Virus record (IMG/VR): IMGVR_UViG_3300025112_000017
Coordinates: 1 to 52,986 of that record
Source: a virus
Taxonomy: Duplodnaviria > Caudoviricetes
Strand: one strand, 5' to 3'
DNA: 52,986 bases
Below the pieces are notes generated by a model. That model was not told the DNA's origin. It ran no database searches and worked only from the letters and a program-made list of their open reading frames with translations. Shown piece by piece: positions 1-8,584 of the stretch. Positions within the stretch are counted from its first letter, which is position 1. The number at the start of each line of letters is the position of its first letter. Position numbers and translations under genes: made by a program.

Positions 1-9
1 TTCGCCCTT
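1..9. repeat. 9-bp terminal direct repeat TTCGCCCTT (copy at 52978-52986); circular junction
   Basis: Identical nonamer at both ends; an ORF reads through the junction. Confidence 0.8.
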
Positions 10-123
10 CTCAAGCCTATCTAATTCCCTATCTGTAGCAGTGACCACAAAGGAAGAACCCTCCTCCACTGTGCTCCAACCTTTACCGTCAGATAGAACG
101 ATGATTGTATTATTACTTTTCAT
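1..123 (-). CDS. 5' part of a 108-aa hypothetical protein spanning the junction (continues 52977->52774)
   Basis: ATG at 123, MKSNNTIIVLSDG...EKGE joins in frame to HPYKVFGWDR...IPDNP*; not in the ORF track. Confidence 0.7.
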   Translation of the reverse strand, partial: MKSNNTIIVLSDGKGWSTVEEGSSFVVTATDRELDRLEKGE

Positions 124-124
124 A

Positions 125-457
125 TTATTGCTTTTCATTTTGGCCTCCTATGGCCTGTGCTTCCTTAATTAATTCATACAGTCCAACCGAAATGTCGTGC
201 TGTAACCTAGTAAACCTCCCTTCTGGTAGGGATTCATAGGGCCTATCGTCTTCCTTTACGGTGTAGAGATCGCCGGGACCCCAACAAACAGGCTTGTCTT
301 CGCAGTGAATAGATAGCCATGCTGTACACTCCGGGTCTCCTAAGTCTCCCTTGAGGTCTGTCACTGTAACAGTACACTCTTTGTAAGAGCCAAAGCCTAG
401 ACCGATGATGTGTGTAAGCCTTTTGAATGAGAAAGTTTTAGCTAAACTAAGCATCAT
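125..457 (-). CDS. hypothetical protein
   Basis: Overlaps the stop of the upstream gene, GGAGG RBS, tightly packed. Confidence 0.7.
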   Translation of the reverse strand: MMLSLAKTFSFKRLTHIIGLGFGSYKECTVTVTDLKGDLGDPECTAWLSIHCEDKPVCWGPGDLYTVKEDDRPYESLPEGRFTRLQHDISVGLYELIKEAQAIGGQNEKQ

Positions 458-1272
458 TGACCTCCAGTCTTGTATTCAAGAAGTACTTCGCCATTCTTGG
501 TTAGTGATTCGATTACTTGATGCGCTGCTTTTCGTTTGCGCTCTGCTCTCTCTGTCTTACGTTTGTAATGGTAAGTATGGTACTTAGGACCGTGGTCAAC
601 GAATCCAATGACGGGGCCTGGCTTACTAGCATCACAAAGTAAGCAGCTATTACAATTAATAGCTCCGAACGATGTAGTATTAGGACAGACAATACCCTTG
701 TGTCCAGCCTCTGTAGTGAACGGCTTGCTTGGAATCTTTATCAGGTTCTCTGGCCGCTCCATATAGTCATGAGGAAGTACGACAGTAGCTCTAAAGCCCA
801 GCCCTATAGCCTCATCGACCTCCTCTAAGGTATCGCATGACGCCATAAAGGAGCCAGCATATCTTAGGTTGTCTCTCCATTGGTGGATGTACCCCACTAC
901 AGCGAGACCCCAAGCCTTTATCATATTGATAGACTTGTCTACGTACTCCTCACGAAGGGCAGTAATCTCACCGATAGCGGTAAGCCTTGCCATCCTGGCA
1001 CCCATTGGACTCTTAAGTAAGGCGGACTCAAGACTGTAGTCTTTACCTCTTACCTTAGCTTTCATCATTGAAGCATGACCGAAGGCCACTGTTCCGAATT
1101 GAGAGTAGCACTTCTTTTCATCTAAGAGAGAACATCCAGCACAGCTTCCAAGGCTTTGCTCTCTGGTCTCTCCTACATAAAGAGTAGGGACCTCCCCTGT
1201 CTTTTCATTGTCTTTACTTACGCCCCATAGGGCAGCACTGTCAGGTAGTTTCGCAATCATTCCAACCTCCAT
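454..1272 (-). CDS. Cys-rich putative Fe-S protein (Gp88/DUF7227-type, possibly radical-SAM-like)
   Basis: N-x-KTG, CxxC-x7-CY, RLTAIGE, ASCD and C-terminal CP...CxxCxxC motifs. Confidence 0.5.
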   Translation of the reverse strand: MEVGMIAKLPDSAALWGVSKDNEKTGEVPTLYVGETREQSLGSCAGCSLLDEKKCYSQFGTVAFGHASMMKAKVRGKDYSLESALLKSPMGARMARLTAIGEITALREEYVDKSINMIKAWGLAVVGYIHQWRDNLRYAGSFMASCDTLEEVDEAIGLGFRATVVLPHDYMERPENLIKIPSKPFTTEAGHKGIVCPNTTSFGAINCNSCLLCDASKPGPVIGFVDHGPKYHTYHYKRKTERAERKRKAAHQVIESLTKNGEVLLEYKTGGQ

Positions 1273-1301
1273 TGGTATTGTTTTTGCTATTTGGTTTTAC
1301 T

Positions 1302-1499
1302 TTACTCTATGTCCAACTCTTCTAATGCATCGTTGTCCTCCTCTTCGATGTCGTGTAAACACCGGTCACACTCTTCTTCATCTATGGTAGTTACCCAAGC
1401 TCCACACTCTATACAAGTAGGTGGTTCAGGAGGGCTCTCCAGCTTCCATTCGTCGTGCTTAGTCATTTCTAAGTGCCTCCCTTTCCTCATCAGTTTCAA
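1302..1499 (-). CDS. small zinc-ribbon protein with acidic tail
   Basis: CIECG...CDRC; start may be the downstream ATG (MTKHDEW). Confidence 0.55.
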   Translation of the reverse strand: MKLMRKGRHLEMTKHDEWKLESPPEPPTCIECGAWVTTIDEEECDRCLHDIEEEDNDALEELDIE

Positions 1500-2016
1500 T
1501 ATGATAAGGGATTTTATAAGGTTTGAGGGTGCTGTTTACGAGGGCCATCACAGTCTGTACACTGTTGTAATTCCTCCAAGCTACACAAGTATTCTCATCA
1601 CAGTACACTTCGCCTATCCAAGACCCATTAGACTTTACGAATCGAATGTGGTGTGGAAGTCTTCCTTTGTATTTTCTGCGCTTATGGTAAGCAACTACAT
1701 GCCCTCTCCACTCAGTAGCAAACTGATTACAGGGTGGGTCGGCAGCTTCAATAATAGATAAGGGGCAGTCCACTTGAACAGGACCCATCGACTCATCAAC
1801 ATCCTTATAAGACCACTCTCCTTCATGTCTTTGAAGTAAGTAAAGACAAACAAAGGAAGGTCCGCCGGGACTCTTTATTGTAAGCCAAAGGCTTCTCCCA
1901 AAGTTTTTCGTTCTCTTACATAAGACCTCTCCACCTCGGTCGGAGATACCGCCTATTATGTCCTTGACTACACTACTTCTACAGTGGCTATTGTGCGGTG
2001 TTATCCAGCCCATCAC
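1459..2016 (-). CDS. DUF6927-like phage/plasmid protein
   Basis: MGW start, WSYKDVDESMGP-x3-DCP...A..WR motif; GGAGG RBS. Confidence 0.6.
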   Translation of the reverse strand: MMGWITPHNSHCRSSVVKDIIGGISDRGGEVLCKRTKNFGRSLWLTIKSPGGPSFVCLYLLQRHEGEWSYKDVDESMGPVQVDCPLSIIEAADPPCNQFATEWRGHVVAYHKRRKYKGRLPHHIRFVKSNGSWIGEVYCDENTCVAWRNYNSVQTVMALVNSTLKPYKIPYHIETDEEREALRND

Positions 2017-2067
2017 TCACCTCCCTTCATCCGGTTTCCGCCTTGCTCCATTGCTCGGCTCCCCAAA

Positions 2068-2097
2068 AGTATAACCCGACGTTATCAAACCTGTCAA
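2068..2097 (-). promoter_or_regulatory. sigma70-type promoter TTGACA-N18-TATACT overlapped by operator 1 (2069-2087)
   Basis: Near-consensus hexamers upstream of 2016; operator GTATAAC-CCGAC-GTTATCA. Confidence 0.7.
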
Positions 2098-2101
2098 CCC
2101 C

Positions 2102-2122
2102 GAAACTACCAAGGGTAGTTTC
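2102..2122. repeat. perfect 9-bp inverted repeat GAAACTACC-aag-GGTAGTTTC just upstream of the -35, followed by a short RY tract (2123-2148)
   Basis: Seen directly in the sequence. Confidence 0.6.
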
Positions 2123-2140
2123 CGCGCGCGTATGCGTGCG

Positions 2141-3049
2141 CTATGTGTCCATGTACGACTCGGCTTCGGAATCGGCACAGTCCTCTTCGCGCATCATCTC
2201 ACGTATCTGCATACCTGCGGCTGCCTCTAAGGGTATGTCCCTGTTCCATGCCTGGTTGAGCATGCGTGCGTACTGACCTCTGAACGTGCGTTCGATTGAG
2301 CCTGTAGTTTTCCAGTCTGTACAAAACCCCTGGTTCCACCACTGAGGTACTAACCTAGATAATAAGGACACCCCTTGCTGGTAGATACCTAAGGCTGTCT
2401 CTCTATTTATAATAGGAGACCTGTACTCTAAGAGCCCGGCCAGTTCAATAAGTTGCGCAGCATCCTTGGCATCTAAGGCTAACACTAGGGATACCATAAG
2501 CGCGTGCTTTACAGTAGGTACCGAGGGAACAAGTAAATCAAAGTCTCGCCAGGCTTCGCAGACACCCTGTGCGTAGTGCTTGGTTGTACGTGTGTACCCA
2601 AGTGCGGCTGCGTCTACGATACGTGCGTTCACAAGTGAGCGCACGAGCTTGCGGTAGCGCTTGATGGCCTGCACACACACACGCGCTTCCTCTTTTGTAG
2701 TAAGGGAATCCGCAATGCTTCTTACAATTCCATCTGCCCACGCGCGCTTGGATGCATCGGTCAGGGTTTCAGGGGACACCACCTTCACTTGTATGTTCTT
2801 ACCTGGGAACTTCCAAAGCCTACCCCTCACACCCAAGAAGAACTCCCGCCTGCCTGGTATGACACCCACCCAATAGGTCTGCATGCCTATCTGGATCAGA
2901 CCAGCAGACACTATGTCGTACCTTTTCCTCTTGGTACCACCCTGCAAATAGAAGTACCCAATGTTTGCGCCGTAGTTATTTGAATCCTCTCTACCTTGGG
3001 AGTACTTCTTCCTGCACTTAACGCTTGGCGGTGCGTTCCTGCCTTTCAT
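2141..3049 (-). CDS. hypothetical protein (302 aa)
   Basis: Long ORF coupled (ATGA overlap) to the XRE gene; no motif recognised. Confidence 0.7.
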   Translation of the reverse strand: MKGRNAPPSVKCRKKYSQGREDSNNYGANIGYFYLQGGTKRKRYDIVSAGLIQIGMQTYWVGVIPGRREFFLGVRGRLWKFPGKNIQVKVVSPETLTDASKRAWADGIVRSIADSLTTKEEARVCVQAIKRYRKLVRSLVNARIVDAAALGYTRTTKHYAQGVCEAWRDFDLLVPSVPTVKHALMVSLVLALDAKDAAQLIELAGLLEYRSPIINRETALGIYQQGVSLLSRLVPQWWNQGFCTDWKTTGSIERTFRGQYARMLNQAWNRDIPLEAAAGMQIREMMREEDCADSEAESYMDT

Positions 3050-3360
3050 TCCAGGGTCTCGCCAGAAGGCTGCTCACATGACGGGCAATAAATATCCCCC
3101 ACGTATAGAGTGTCGCACTCTATGCACGCGCGCTCTTCCTGTTTGGGTGTTACGTCCTCAACCATAAGGCTGAGACAGTGCTGACCGTTCAGCCCGAGCA
3201 CCTCTTGCAAGAGGCACAGGTTCTTTATTGTTGGCATGGTCTTACCGGATTCCCAGGCTTGATACGCAGGTTGTGAGACGCCAACAGCCTTTGCCACCTT
3301 TCGCTGGGTCAGGTTCTTGTCTTCTCTTTTTGATGTGAGATGCTTCCCAAATACAGTCAT
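3046..3360 (-). CDS. XRE/Cro-CI family HTH regulator with C-terminal zinc ribbon
   Basis: LTQRKVAKAVGVSQPAYQAWESGKTMP HTH; CIEC...CPSC. Confidence 0.85.
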   Translation of the reverse strand: MTVFGKHLTSKREDKNLTQRKVAKAVGVSQPAYQAWESGKTMPTIKNLCLLQEVLGLNGQHCLSLMVEDVTPKQEERACIECDTLYVGDIYCPSCEQPSGETLE

Positions 3361-3383
3361 TGCTTGACTCCTTGTTTCACATA

Positions 3384-3402
3384 CGATAACTCACAGCTAT
3401 CA
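3384..3402. promoter_or_regulatory. operator 2 CGATAAC-TCACA-GCTATCA between the divergent XRE and helicase genes
   Basis: Matches the palindromic consensus; TTGACT at 3364-3369 would place a -10 inside it. Confidence 0.65.
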
Positions 3403-3421
3403 CCCCGGCAAGGAGGACAAC

Positions 3422-4765
3422 TTGACCGACATTGAGAGACACATCTTAGCTACCCTGCTGATGTCAGCGGGCGCAGGATTCGAGGAAGCAGAAGAGGAAC
3501 TGCAACTACAAGACTTTTGCTCTGAGCAGCACAGAGCCTTGTTCGCGTGGATAGGAAACCAAATACAGATGAAGCTAACACCAGACCTATCGGTGTTGCT
3601 TTCGGACAAGAACGTGTCTGATTCTGTGGGTGGGAAGGACTACATTCAAAGGATGATAGCGTACGCTGGCCCGCCAGCTTCTATGAGGAGTTGGGCTACC
3701 AAGCTTCATAGCGGTGCTCGCATGCGCAGGATTCAGGATGCAGCAAGCGAAATCATAGAGCTATCCAAGACCGAGGTGACAGCGGAAACTTTAGCTAAAG
3801 AGTCTGAACAGATAATGCTGAACGCCACTGCGGATAAGTATTCAGAAGGACCTCAAGGGATTGACTCTTTGGTTACAGCAAGATTAGACCAGTGGGAAAA
3901 GATTCAACGGGGTGAGCTTACTGAGTACGTCCCGTCTGGGTTCAAATCATTTGATGACCACTTCTTTGGCTGGCCCGTAGGCTACCCTGTAATCGTGGGT
4001 GGCCGCACCAAGATGGGCAAGACCATGTTCATGCTGTCCGCTGCTTTACGGGGCGCACACACGGGCGTGCCGCAAGGAATACTCTCTATTGAAATGCCCG
4101 CTTCATCCTTAATGGATAGGATTGCTGGCGTGAGCGCGGGCGTCCCCTCGTTTGCTGCTCATCGCGGTACAGAAGAAGACATGGAGAAACTGTGGGATGC
4201 TTTGAATACAGTGCGCAAGCTACCCATACAAGTAGACGAGTCCTCAAGGAGGCTGTCTTCTATTGAGTCTTCGATCAGAAGAATGGTTCGCAGGGATGGG
4301 GTGCGTGTAATCTGGCTGGACTATCTTCAACTGATCAGCGGTGTGGGCAGGGTCGATAACCCTGTTCAAAAGATTGAAGAAATCTCTGAAGGTATCCGGG
4401 CTATTGCCAAGAGTGAGGGTGTATCTATTATCAATATGATGCAGTTCAATCGAGACGGCGAGCGTGTAAAGATTGACGGTAAGCTGGGGTACCCAACAAG
4501 TACAGCGTTCCGTGGCTCAGACAGGCCACTGTTCGACAGCGCTATAGCCTTCGGGCTTTACAGGCCGTGGCATTACCAACCACCAGTAGACGCCATCACA
4601 GGGCAGCCACTACCACCTGAATCTTTGGGTGATAGGCTTCAGCCGCTGGAGCTTGTGTGTCTTGCGTGCAGGTACACCGCCCCTAAGAACCTCAAGTTTT
4701 GGGCTCGTCTATCAGTCCAACAGCTATTCGACGGTCAAGATCCAGGATTTGGCGAGACCAAATAG
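3422..4765 (+). CDS. dnaB: DnaB-like replicative helicase
   Basis: DnaB-type N-domain, Walker A GGRTKMGKT, SIEM, Walker B WLDYLQL, QFNR, FRGS; AGGAGG RBS. Confidence 0.9.
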   Translation: MTDIERHILATLLMSAGAGFEEAEEELQLQDFCSEQHRALFAWIGNQIQMKLTPDLSVLLSDKNVSDSVGGKDYIQRMIAYAGPPASMRSWATKLHSGARMRRIQDAASEIIELSKTEVTAETLAKESEQIMLNATADKYSEGPQGIDSLVTARLDQWEKIQRGELTEYVPSGFKSFDDHFFGWPVGYPVIVGGRTKMGKTMFMLSAALRGAHTGVPQGILSIEMPASSLMDRIAGVSAGVPSFAAHRGTEEDMEKLWDALNTVRKLPIQVDESSRRLSSIESSIRRMVRRDGVRVIWLDYLQLISGVGRVDNPVQKIEEISEGIRAIAKSEGVSIINMMQFNRDGERVKIDGKLGYPTSTAFRGSDRPLFDSAIAFGLYRPWHYQPPVDAITGQPLPPESLGDRLQPLELVCLACRYTAPKNLKFWARLSVQQLFDGQDPGFGETK

Positions 4766-5279
4766 GACACCCTTCTCTTTGAGCCATCTCAATTGCGCAC
4801 TCACCCTCCCCCCGAACGTCATCAGCGGTCAGGCGGGAGGGTGTTCCGTACAGGACAACACACCCTGAGGTGTCGTCGGACTCAAGTAGGGACCACCTGG
4901 ATACCCAGAAGCCACTGAACGATATCCGGATAGGGCGACAGTTGAACACTTCCTCTCTTGCCATTGAGAAGTACCTGGCAATCAGGATGTCAGTGGTCTT
5001 CAACCAGTCCTTGCCCATCTCCTCCCGCCACGCCTTGAACTCAACCCGTATCCGAAACAACTGGTACTCAGACTGCGCCATGTACATGGTGGTGTGCTTA
5101 CGCCACAACAGGAACAGCTTGCGTATGTCGTTGTCGCGCGCGAGCACCCGCTCAAATTTGTTAGCCAGTTTCAATTGCTCAAGGTTCCACCCCGCGTGTT
5201 GTGACAGGGTCGCAGGCCACCCATTGTCACCGCGTAACGCGGGCACGACTTGGCCTTTCCACATCTTCTTTCTGTACAT
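4692..5279 (-). CDS. hypothetical protein
   Basis: 195-aa ORF filling the gap, convergent with the helicase. Confidence 0.5.
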   Translation of the reverse strand: MYRKKMWKGQVVPALRGDNGWPATLSQHAGWNLEQLKLANKFERVLARDNDIRKLFLLWRKHTTMYMAQSEYQLFRIRVEFKAWREEMGKDWLKTTDILIARYFSMAREEVFNCRPIRISFSGFWVSRWSLLESDDTSGCVVLYGTPSRLTADDVRGEGECAIEMAQREGCPIWSRQILDLDRRIAVGLIDEPKT

Positions 5280-5284
5280 TTTTC

Positions 5285-5313
5285 TTGACAGCCTCAGGTT
5301 ATCACAATAAAAG
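5285..5313 (+). promoter_or_regulatory. promoter TTGACA-N17-TAAAAG overlapped by operator 3 (5286-5304, TGACAGC-CTCAG-GTTATCA)
   Basis: Heads the rightward recombination/replication operon. Confidence 0.65.
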
Positions 5314-5333
5314 GTGGGGGAGCTTGGACAGAA

Positions 5334-5582
5334 ATGGACAAGATAAAAGTATACATGGCAGCGACCGGCGATTCGTTGGTCTCTATAGCAAGGCGGGCTG
5401 GGGTGGACCCAGCAGAGTTGAGGAGAATTTCGGCTAACAAAAGGAAGCCAGGGAAGAGAGTACGAACACGCATAGCGTTCGCTATGGGTATCACACTAAA
5501 CGAACTAGACGCAGACATGGATGTGTTTGTGTCACGAATAAGGAAGTCTAATGACTTGGAAAGAAATCGAGGCGATTCTTAA
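5334..5582 (+). CDS. small HTH (Cro-like) DNA-binding protein
   Basis: SLVSIARRAGVDPAELRRISANKRKP HTH pattern. Confidence 0.7.
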   Translation: MDKIKVYMAATGDSLVSIARRAGVDPAELRRISANKRKPGKRVRTRIAFAMGITLNELDADMDVFVSRIRKSNDLERNRGDS

Positions 5583-6414
5583 GCGCCCATTCGATGACCA
5601 CGAAATCAACTGGAAACTAAAGACTGTCACCAGTAATGGTAAGGCTTTGTTGCTTGCTTACATGGACGCTCGTGGAGTGCGGGATAGGCTTGATGAAGCG
5701 TTCGGTCCACACTGGATGACTGCTTACTGTGCGGGGCCAAGCGGCGGCGTCATGTGTACGCTGTCAGTTAAGTGGAACGGCGAATGGGTTTCTCGTTGTG
5801 GTGTTGCAGAGAACACTAACATTGAAGCTGTAAAGGGTGGCGCATCAGATGCACTCAAGCGTGCGGCTACTGCCTTTGGGGTTGGCCGTCATCTGTATGA
5901 CTTAGGCGCTACGTTTGCTACCATCCAAGACAAGGCAGACTACAGTGTAGAGAACGGTAGGTCGGTGTATTGTAAGGGTAAGGGTTATGCTGTTGCCCCA
6001 AGTATCCGGGTTGCGCAGCCTGACTTATTCAATAAGCCAGCACCCAAGAAGAAAAAGCCAGCACCCAAACCTCAAGTAAAAGCTCCTGTTGTTCCTGGTG
6101 TTCCGGCTGCTATGGAAGCCAAGACAAAGAAGACAACTGCTGATTACATCAACAAGCTAAGAAGTATTTGTAAGTCCCGTGAGCTTAGTAAGCTGGAAGC
6201 CGAAATGTTTATTGGCTTATGCACCGCCATTATGAAGGACGGGGTTGTCGATAAACAAGGGTACTCTCCTAAGGGTCTGAAGAACGCCAGCCTACAAGTA
6301 CTGCGTATCGCTGTCCGTAAAGGGATGGAGCTTGATGAGCTTGATGATGGTGGCTTTACCGACAAGCTGTGTGCGTATGAAAACATTCATAAGTCTTTAG
6401 GTCCTCAACAGTGA
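5551..6414 (+). CDS. Rad52/Rad22 (Sak-like) single-strand annealing protein
   Basis: LAYMDARGVRDRLD and KGGASDALKRAATAFGVGRHLY signatures. Confidence 0.9.
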   Translation: MTWKEIEAILKRPFDDHEINWKLKTVTSNGKALLLAYMDARGVRDRLDEAFGPHWMTAYCAGPSGGVMCTLSVKWNGEWVSRCGVAENTNIEAVKGGASDALKRAATAFGVGRHLYDLGATFATIQDKADYSVENGRSVYCKGKGYAVAPSIRVAQPDLFNKPAPKKKKPAPKPQVKAPVVPGVPAAMEAKTKKTTADYINKLRSICKSRELSKLEAEMFIGLCTAIMKDGVVDKQGYSPKGLKNASLQVLRIAVRKGMELDELDDGGFTDKLCAYENIHKSLGPQQ

Positions 6415-6502
6415 GGGCTAACAACTCATCCCTGGGGTGGCGGGATTCATTACCAACCAATGGTTCTGTATCGGGCAACCGCCATCCCTACGGGGGTGCT
6501 AA

Positions 6503-6667
6503 ATGAAACTCGCCTATCAGAAGTGTGAACTGTCTGGCTGCCACAGGCGCGGAAGTGTGTTCAAGCAAAGCGACATTACTGGAAAGTATTTGGTGGTCTG
6601 TGTTGAGTGTGCCCAGAAAGGAAAGAAGAAGAAGCCTGTAGGTTCAAAGCAAGGGAGCTTGGTATGA
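6503..6667 (+). CDS. 54-aa zinc-finger-like protein (below ORF-track cutoff)
   Basis: MKLAYQKCELSGC...CVEC..; GGGGG RBS; ATGA overlap with the next gene. Confidence 0.6.
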   Translation: MKLAYQKCELSGCHRRGSVFKQSDITGKYLVVCVECAQKGKKKKPVGSKQGSLV

Positions 6668-6957
6668 TGAAAAAAAGTAAATGGGTAGAGACCGAGATCG
6701 AAGTTGGAGGAGAAGTTTTCCTTATTCCCCTGCGTTGTCGGATGGAAGCAAAGAATGGGCGGTTCCGAACTCGCATTCAGATAAGGGATCTCCAGACCAA
6801 TAAATGGCACGCACGCCATACGAGTGATTGGATGCGTCTCCCTGCGATCACAAAAGTCACACGCGACTATTTAGACACCCTGGCCGAGGGGATGGCAGAT
6901 AAGCTTGTCCACGATACTGTGGCCCATAATATGCTGCACCCTGATTGGAGGGTGTGA
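6664..6957 (+). CDS. hypothetical protein
   Basis: ORF-track 6607 ORF; likely start MMKKSKW at 6664. Confidence 0.6.
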   Translation: MMKKSKWVETEIEVGGEVFLIPLRCRMEAKNGRFRTRIQIRDLQTNKWHARHTSDWMRLPAITKVTRDYLDTLAEGMADKLVHDTVAHNMLHPDWRV

Positions 6958-7154
6958 TGGCTAATCGTAAACCATCATTGACAAGCAAAGCAGTCGATGG
7001 ACTTAGCACCGTTCAGTATATAGCTGAAGCAAGCTTGGAGAGCTTTGTAACCGACGCTGTTAGGAACACAGAATACGAACGAAGAATTATGCGCGGCATC
7101 AAATACATACAGGAACTGACCGATTGGTATGCCATCAAGCAGAAGGGGGGGTGA
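6957..7154 (+). CDS. hypothetical protein
   Basis: GGAGG RBS, MANRKPS start coupled to the upstream stop. Confidence 0.6.
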   Translation: MANRKPSLTSKAVDGLSTVQYIAEASLESFVTDAVRNTEYERRIMRGIKYIQELTDWYAIKQKGG

Positions 7155-7394
7155 GTGATGGCTAAACGTAGAGCGAAGCACGGCTACTGTGCGTCATGCG
7201 GCAACGCCCTGAAAAGGCCAGCAGCCTTTGAAAGCTCCTGCTCCATAAGGTGCGCTGCCGATGCTTGGTATGCGCTACAGGGTAGTGGTTGTGGCCTGGA
7301 CAATGAGTCCTGCACACAGTGTGGAGAGGGGGTGGAGATGTGTGAGTGCCACCCCGCTATTTCCTACCTTGACATTAGCGCGTGGGGTTCTTGA
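7155..7394 (+). CDS. small Cys-rich (zinc-binding) protein
   Basis: CASC, CSIRC, CTQC, CECH. Confidence 0.6.
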   Translation: MMAKRRAKHGYCASCGNALKRPAAFESSCSIRCAADAWYALQGSGCGLDNESCTQCGEGVEMCECHPAISYLDISAWGS

Positions 7395-7606
7395 TGCCAA
7401 TCTATGATTACGAGTGCAAGCTCTGCGGAGAAGTGACAGAGGTCATCCAGCGGCACACGGACCCTGCACCTAAGTGTTGCGGCAAGCTAACAAAGCGGAT
7501 GGTGTCAAGAACATCCTTCGCCCTCAAGGGTGGGGGTTGGTACAAGGATAGCTATGGGTTGAATCCGAGAAGGGCCCCGGCGGGAGAACCTGATGGACAG
7601 GAATAA
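7394..7606 (+). CDS. FmdB-family zinc-ribbon protein
   Basis: MPIYDYECKLCG...CC...SFALKGGGWYKDSY. Confidence 0.85.
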   Translation: MPIYDYECKLCGEVTEVIQRHTDPAPKCCGKLTKRMVSRTSFALKGGGWYKDSYGLNPRRAPAGEPDGQE

Positions 7607-7802
7607 ACTTATGCAATGTATCTCGGAGGCTATGCCTCATGTGTACAGACAGCAGGGCCACGGCAAACACGAGCAAGACCGCGCCGACGCTGAAGCCTGG
7701 TGGGCAAAGTGGAAGAGCGTACGTAAGCAGTGTTCCGAGTCGAGCAACCCAAGCAAGAAAGAGGGGGCGATAGATGTCTTTGGGCAGCCGGGTGAGTCAT
7801 GA
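7593..7802 (+). CDS. hypothetical protein
   Basis: Tightly packed ORF with RBS. Confidence 0.55.
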   Translation: MDRNKLMQCISEAMPHVYRQQGHGKHEQDRADAEAWWAKWKSVRKQCSESSNPSKKEGAIDVFGQPGES

Positions 7803-8002
7803 GAAAACTATTCCTTCTTGCTGTCCTATTGGCTGCGTGCTTACGGCACCAAGTAAAGGAAGGCTGCATCAAGTACACGGACAGTTGGTATGCCTGTTGC
7901 CCTAAGGGGACAGACATAGAGATAAGTAAGAGTTTATTTAAAGAGTACCAGTGTGTTCCAAAGGAGGAGCGGAATGAAGAAGAGGCACGAGAGGCCATGT
8001 AA
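7799..8002 (+). CDS. small lipoprotein
   Basis: Signal peptide with lipobox MRKLFLLAVLLAA-C. Confidence 0.65.
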   Translation: MRKLFLLAVLLAACLRHQVKEGCIKYTDSWYACCPKGTDIEISKSLFKEYQCVPKEERNEEEAREAM

Positions 8003-8243
8003 GTGTGAGTCCTGCAATAATCTTAGAGCAAAGATTGTGAGGTGGGAACCTGAATTTGCGAGAGCCTTGTTGGGAAAGATCATACCTTTCGTCGAAGGGT
8101 ACGAAGCTATCTGCCAACACCTTGCTCAAGGTGAGGAAGATAAAGCGTGGGAACTCTCCCGCAACTTGGCAAAGAACTCAAAGCTACTGAAGAAGGAAGT
8201 CCTTTCCCTCTTCCCGCGCAAGAGAACCAAACGTCCTTATTGA
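7974..8243 (+). CDS. hypothetical protein with CxCxxC
   Basis: AGGAGGAG RBS before ATG 7974 (MKKRHERPCKCESC). Confidence 0.6.
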   Translation: MKKRHERPCKCESCNNLRAKIVRWEPEFARALLGKIIPFVEGYEAICQHLAQGEEDKAWELSRNLAKNSKLLKKEVLSLFPRKRTKRPY

Positions 8244-8272
8244 TAGGACATAAACAAAACAAAGGAGGAGCA

Positions 8273-8584
8273 ATGTCTCAGACAAAATCGCTCTATGAAG
8301 ACCCAAACATTGTGGTGTTTGGTGGGAAGATTACGCAGTTCCTGGAAGGGAAGAACACGCACGGCAATCTAAAGATTGAAGCCAAGCTTGTGAATAGCCA
8401 CGGGCAAGGTAAAAAAACATTTGATACAGTTGTCGGTGTTACAGCCTACGGGGCTGCTGCTTCAAAGATGAAGGACCTATACGAGTCTCACTCGTACTGT
8501 TTGGTACATGGTCGGCTTGCCTCCAACAGAGGTGATGACCTGTTCGTGATACCCAGCCAAGTGTTTGATGGGGGTGTTGAATGA
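8273..8584 (+). CDS. short SSB-like OB-fold protein lacking an acidic tail
   Basis: NIVVFGGKI...VTAYG...CLVHGRL pattern; AGGAGG RBS. Confidence 0.6.
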   Translation: MSQTKSLYEDPNIVVFGGKITQFLEGKNTHGNLKIEAKLVNSHGQGKKTFDTVVGVTAYGAAASKMKDLYESHSYCLVHGRLASNRGDDLFVIPSQVFDGGVE

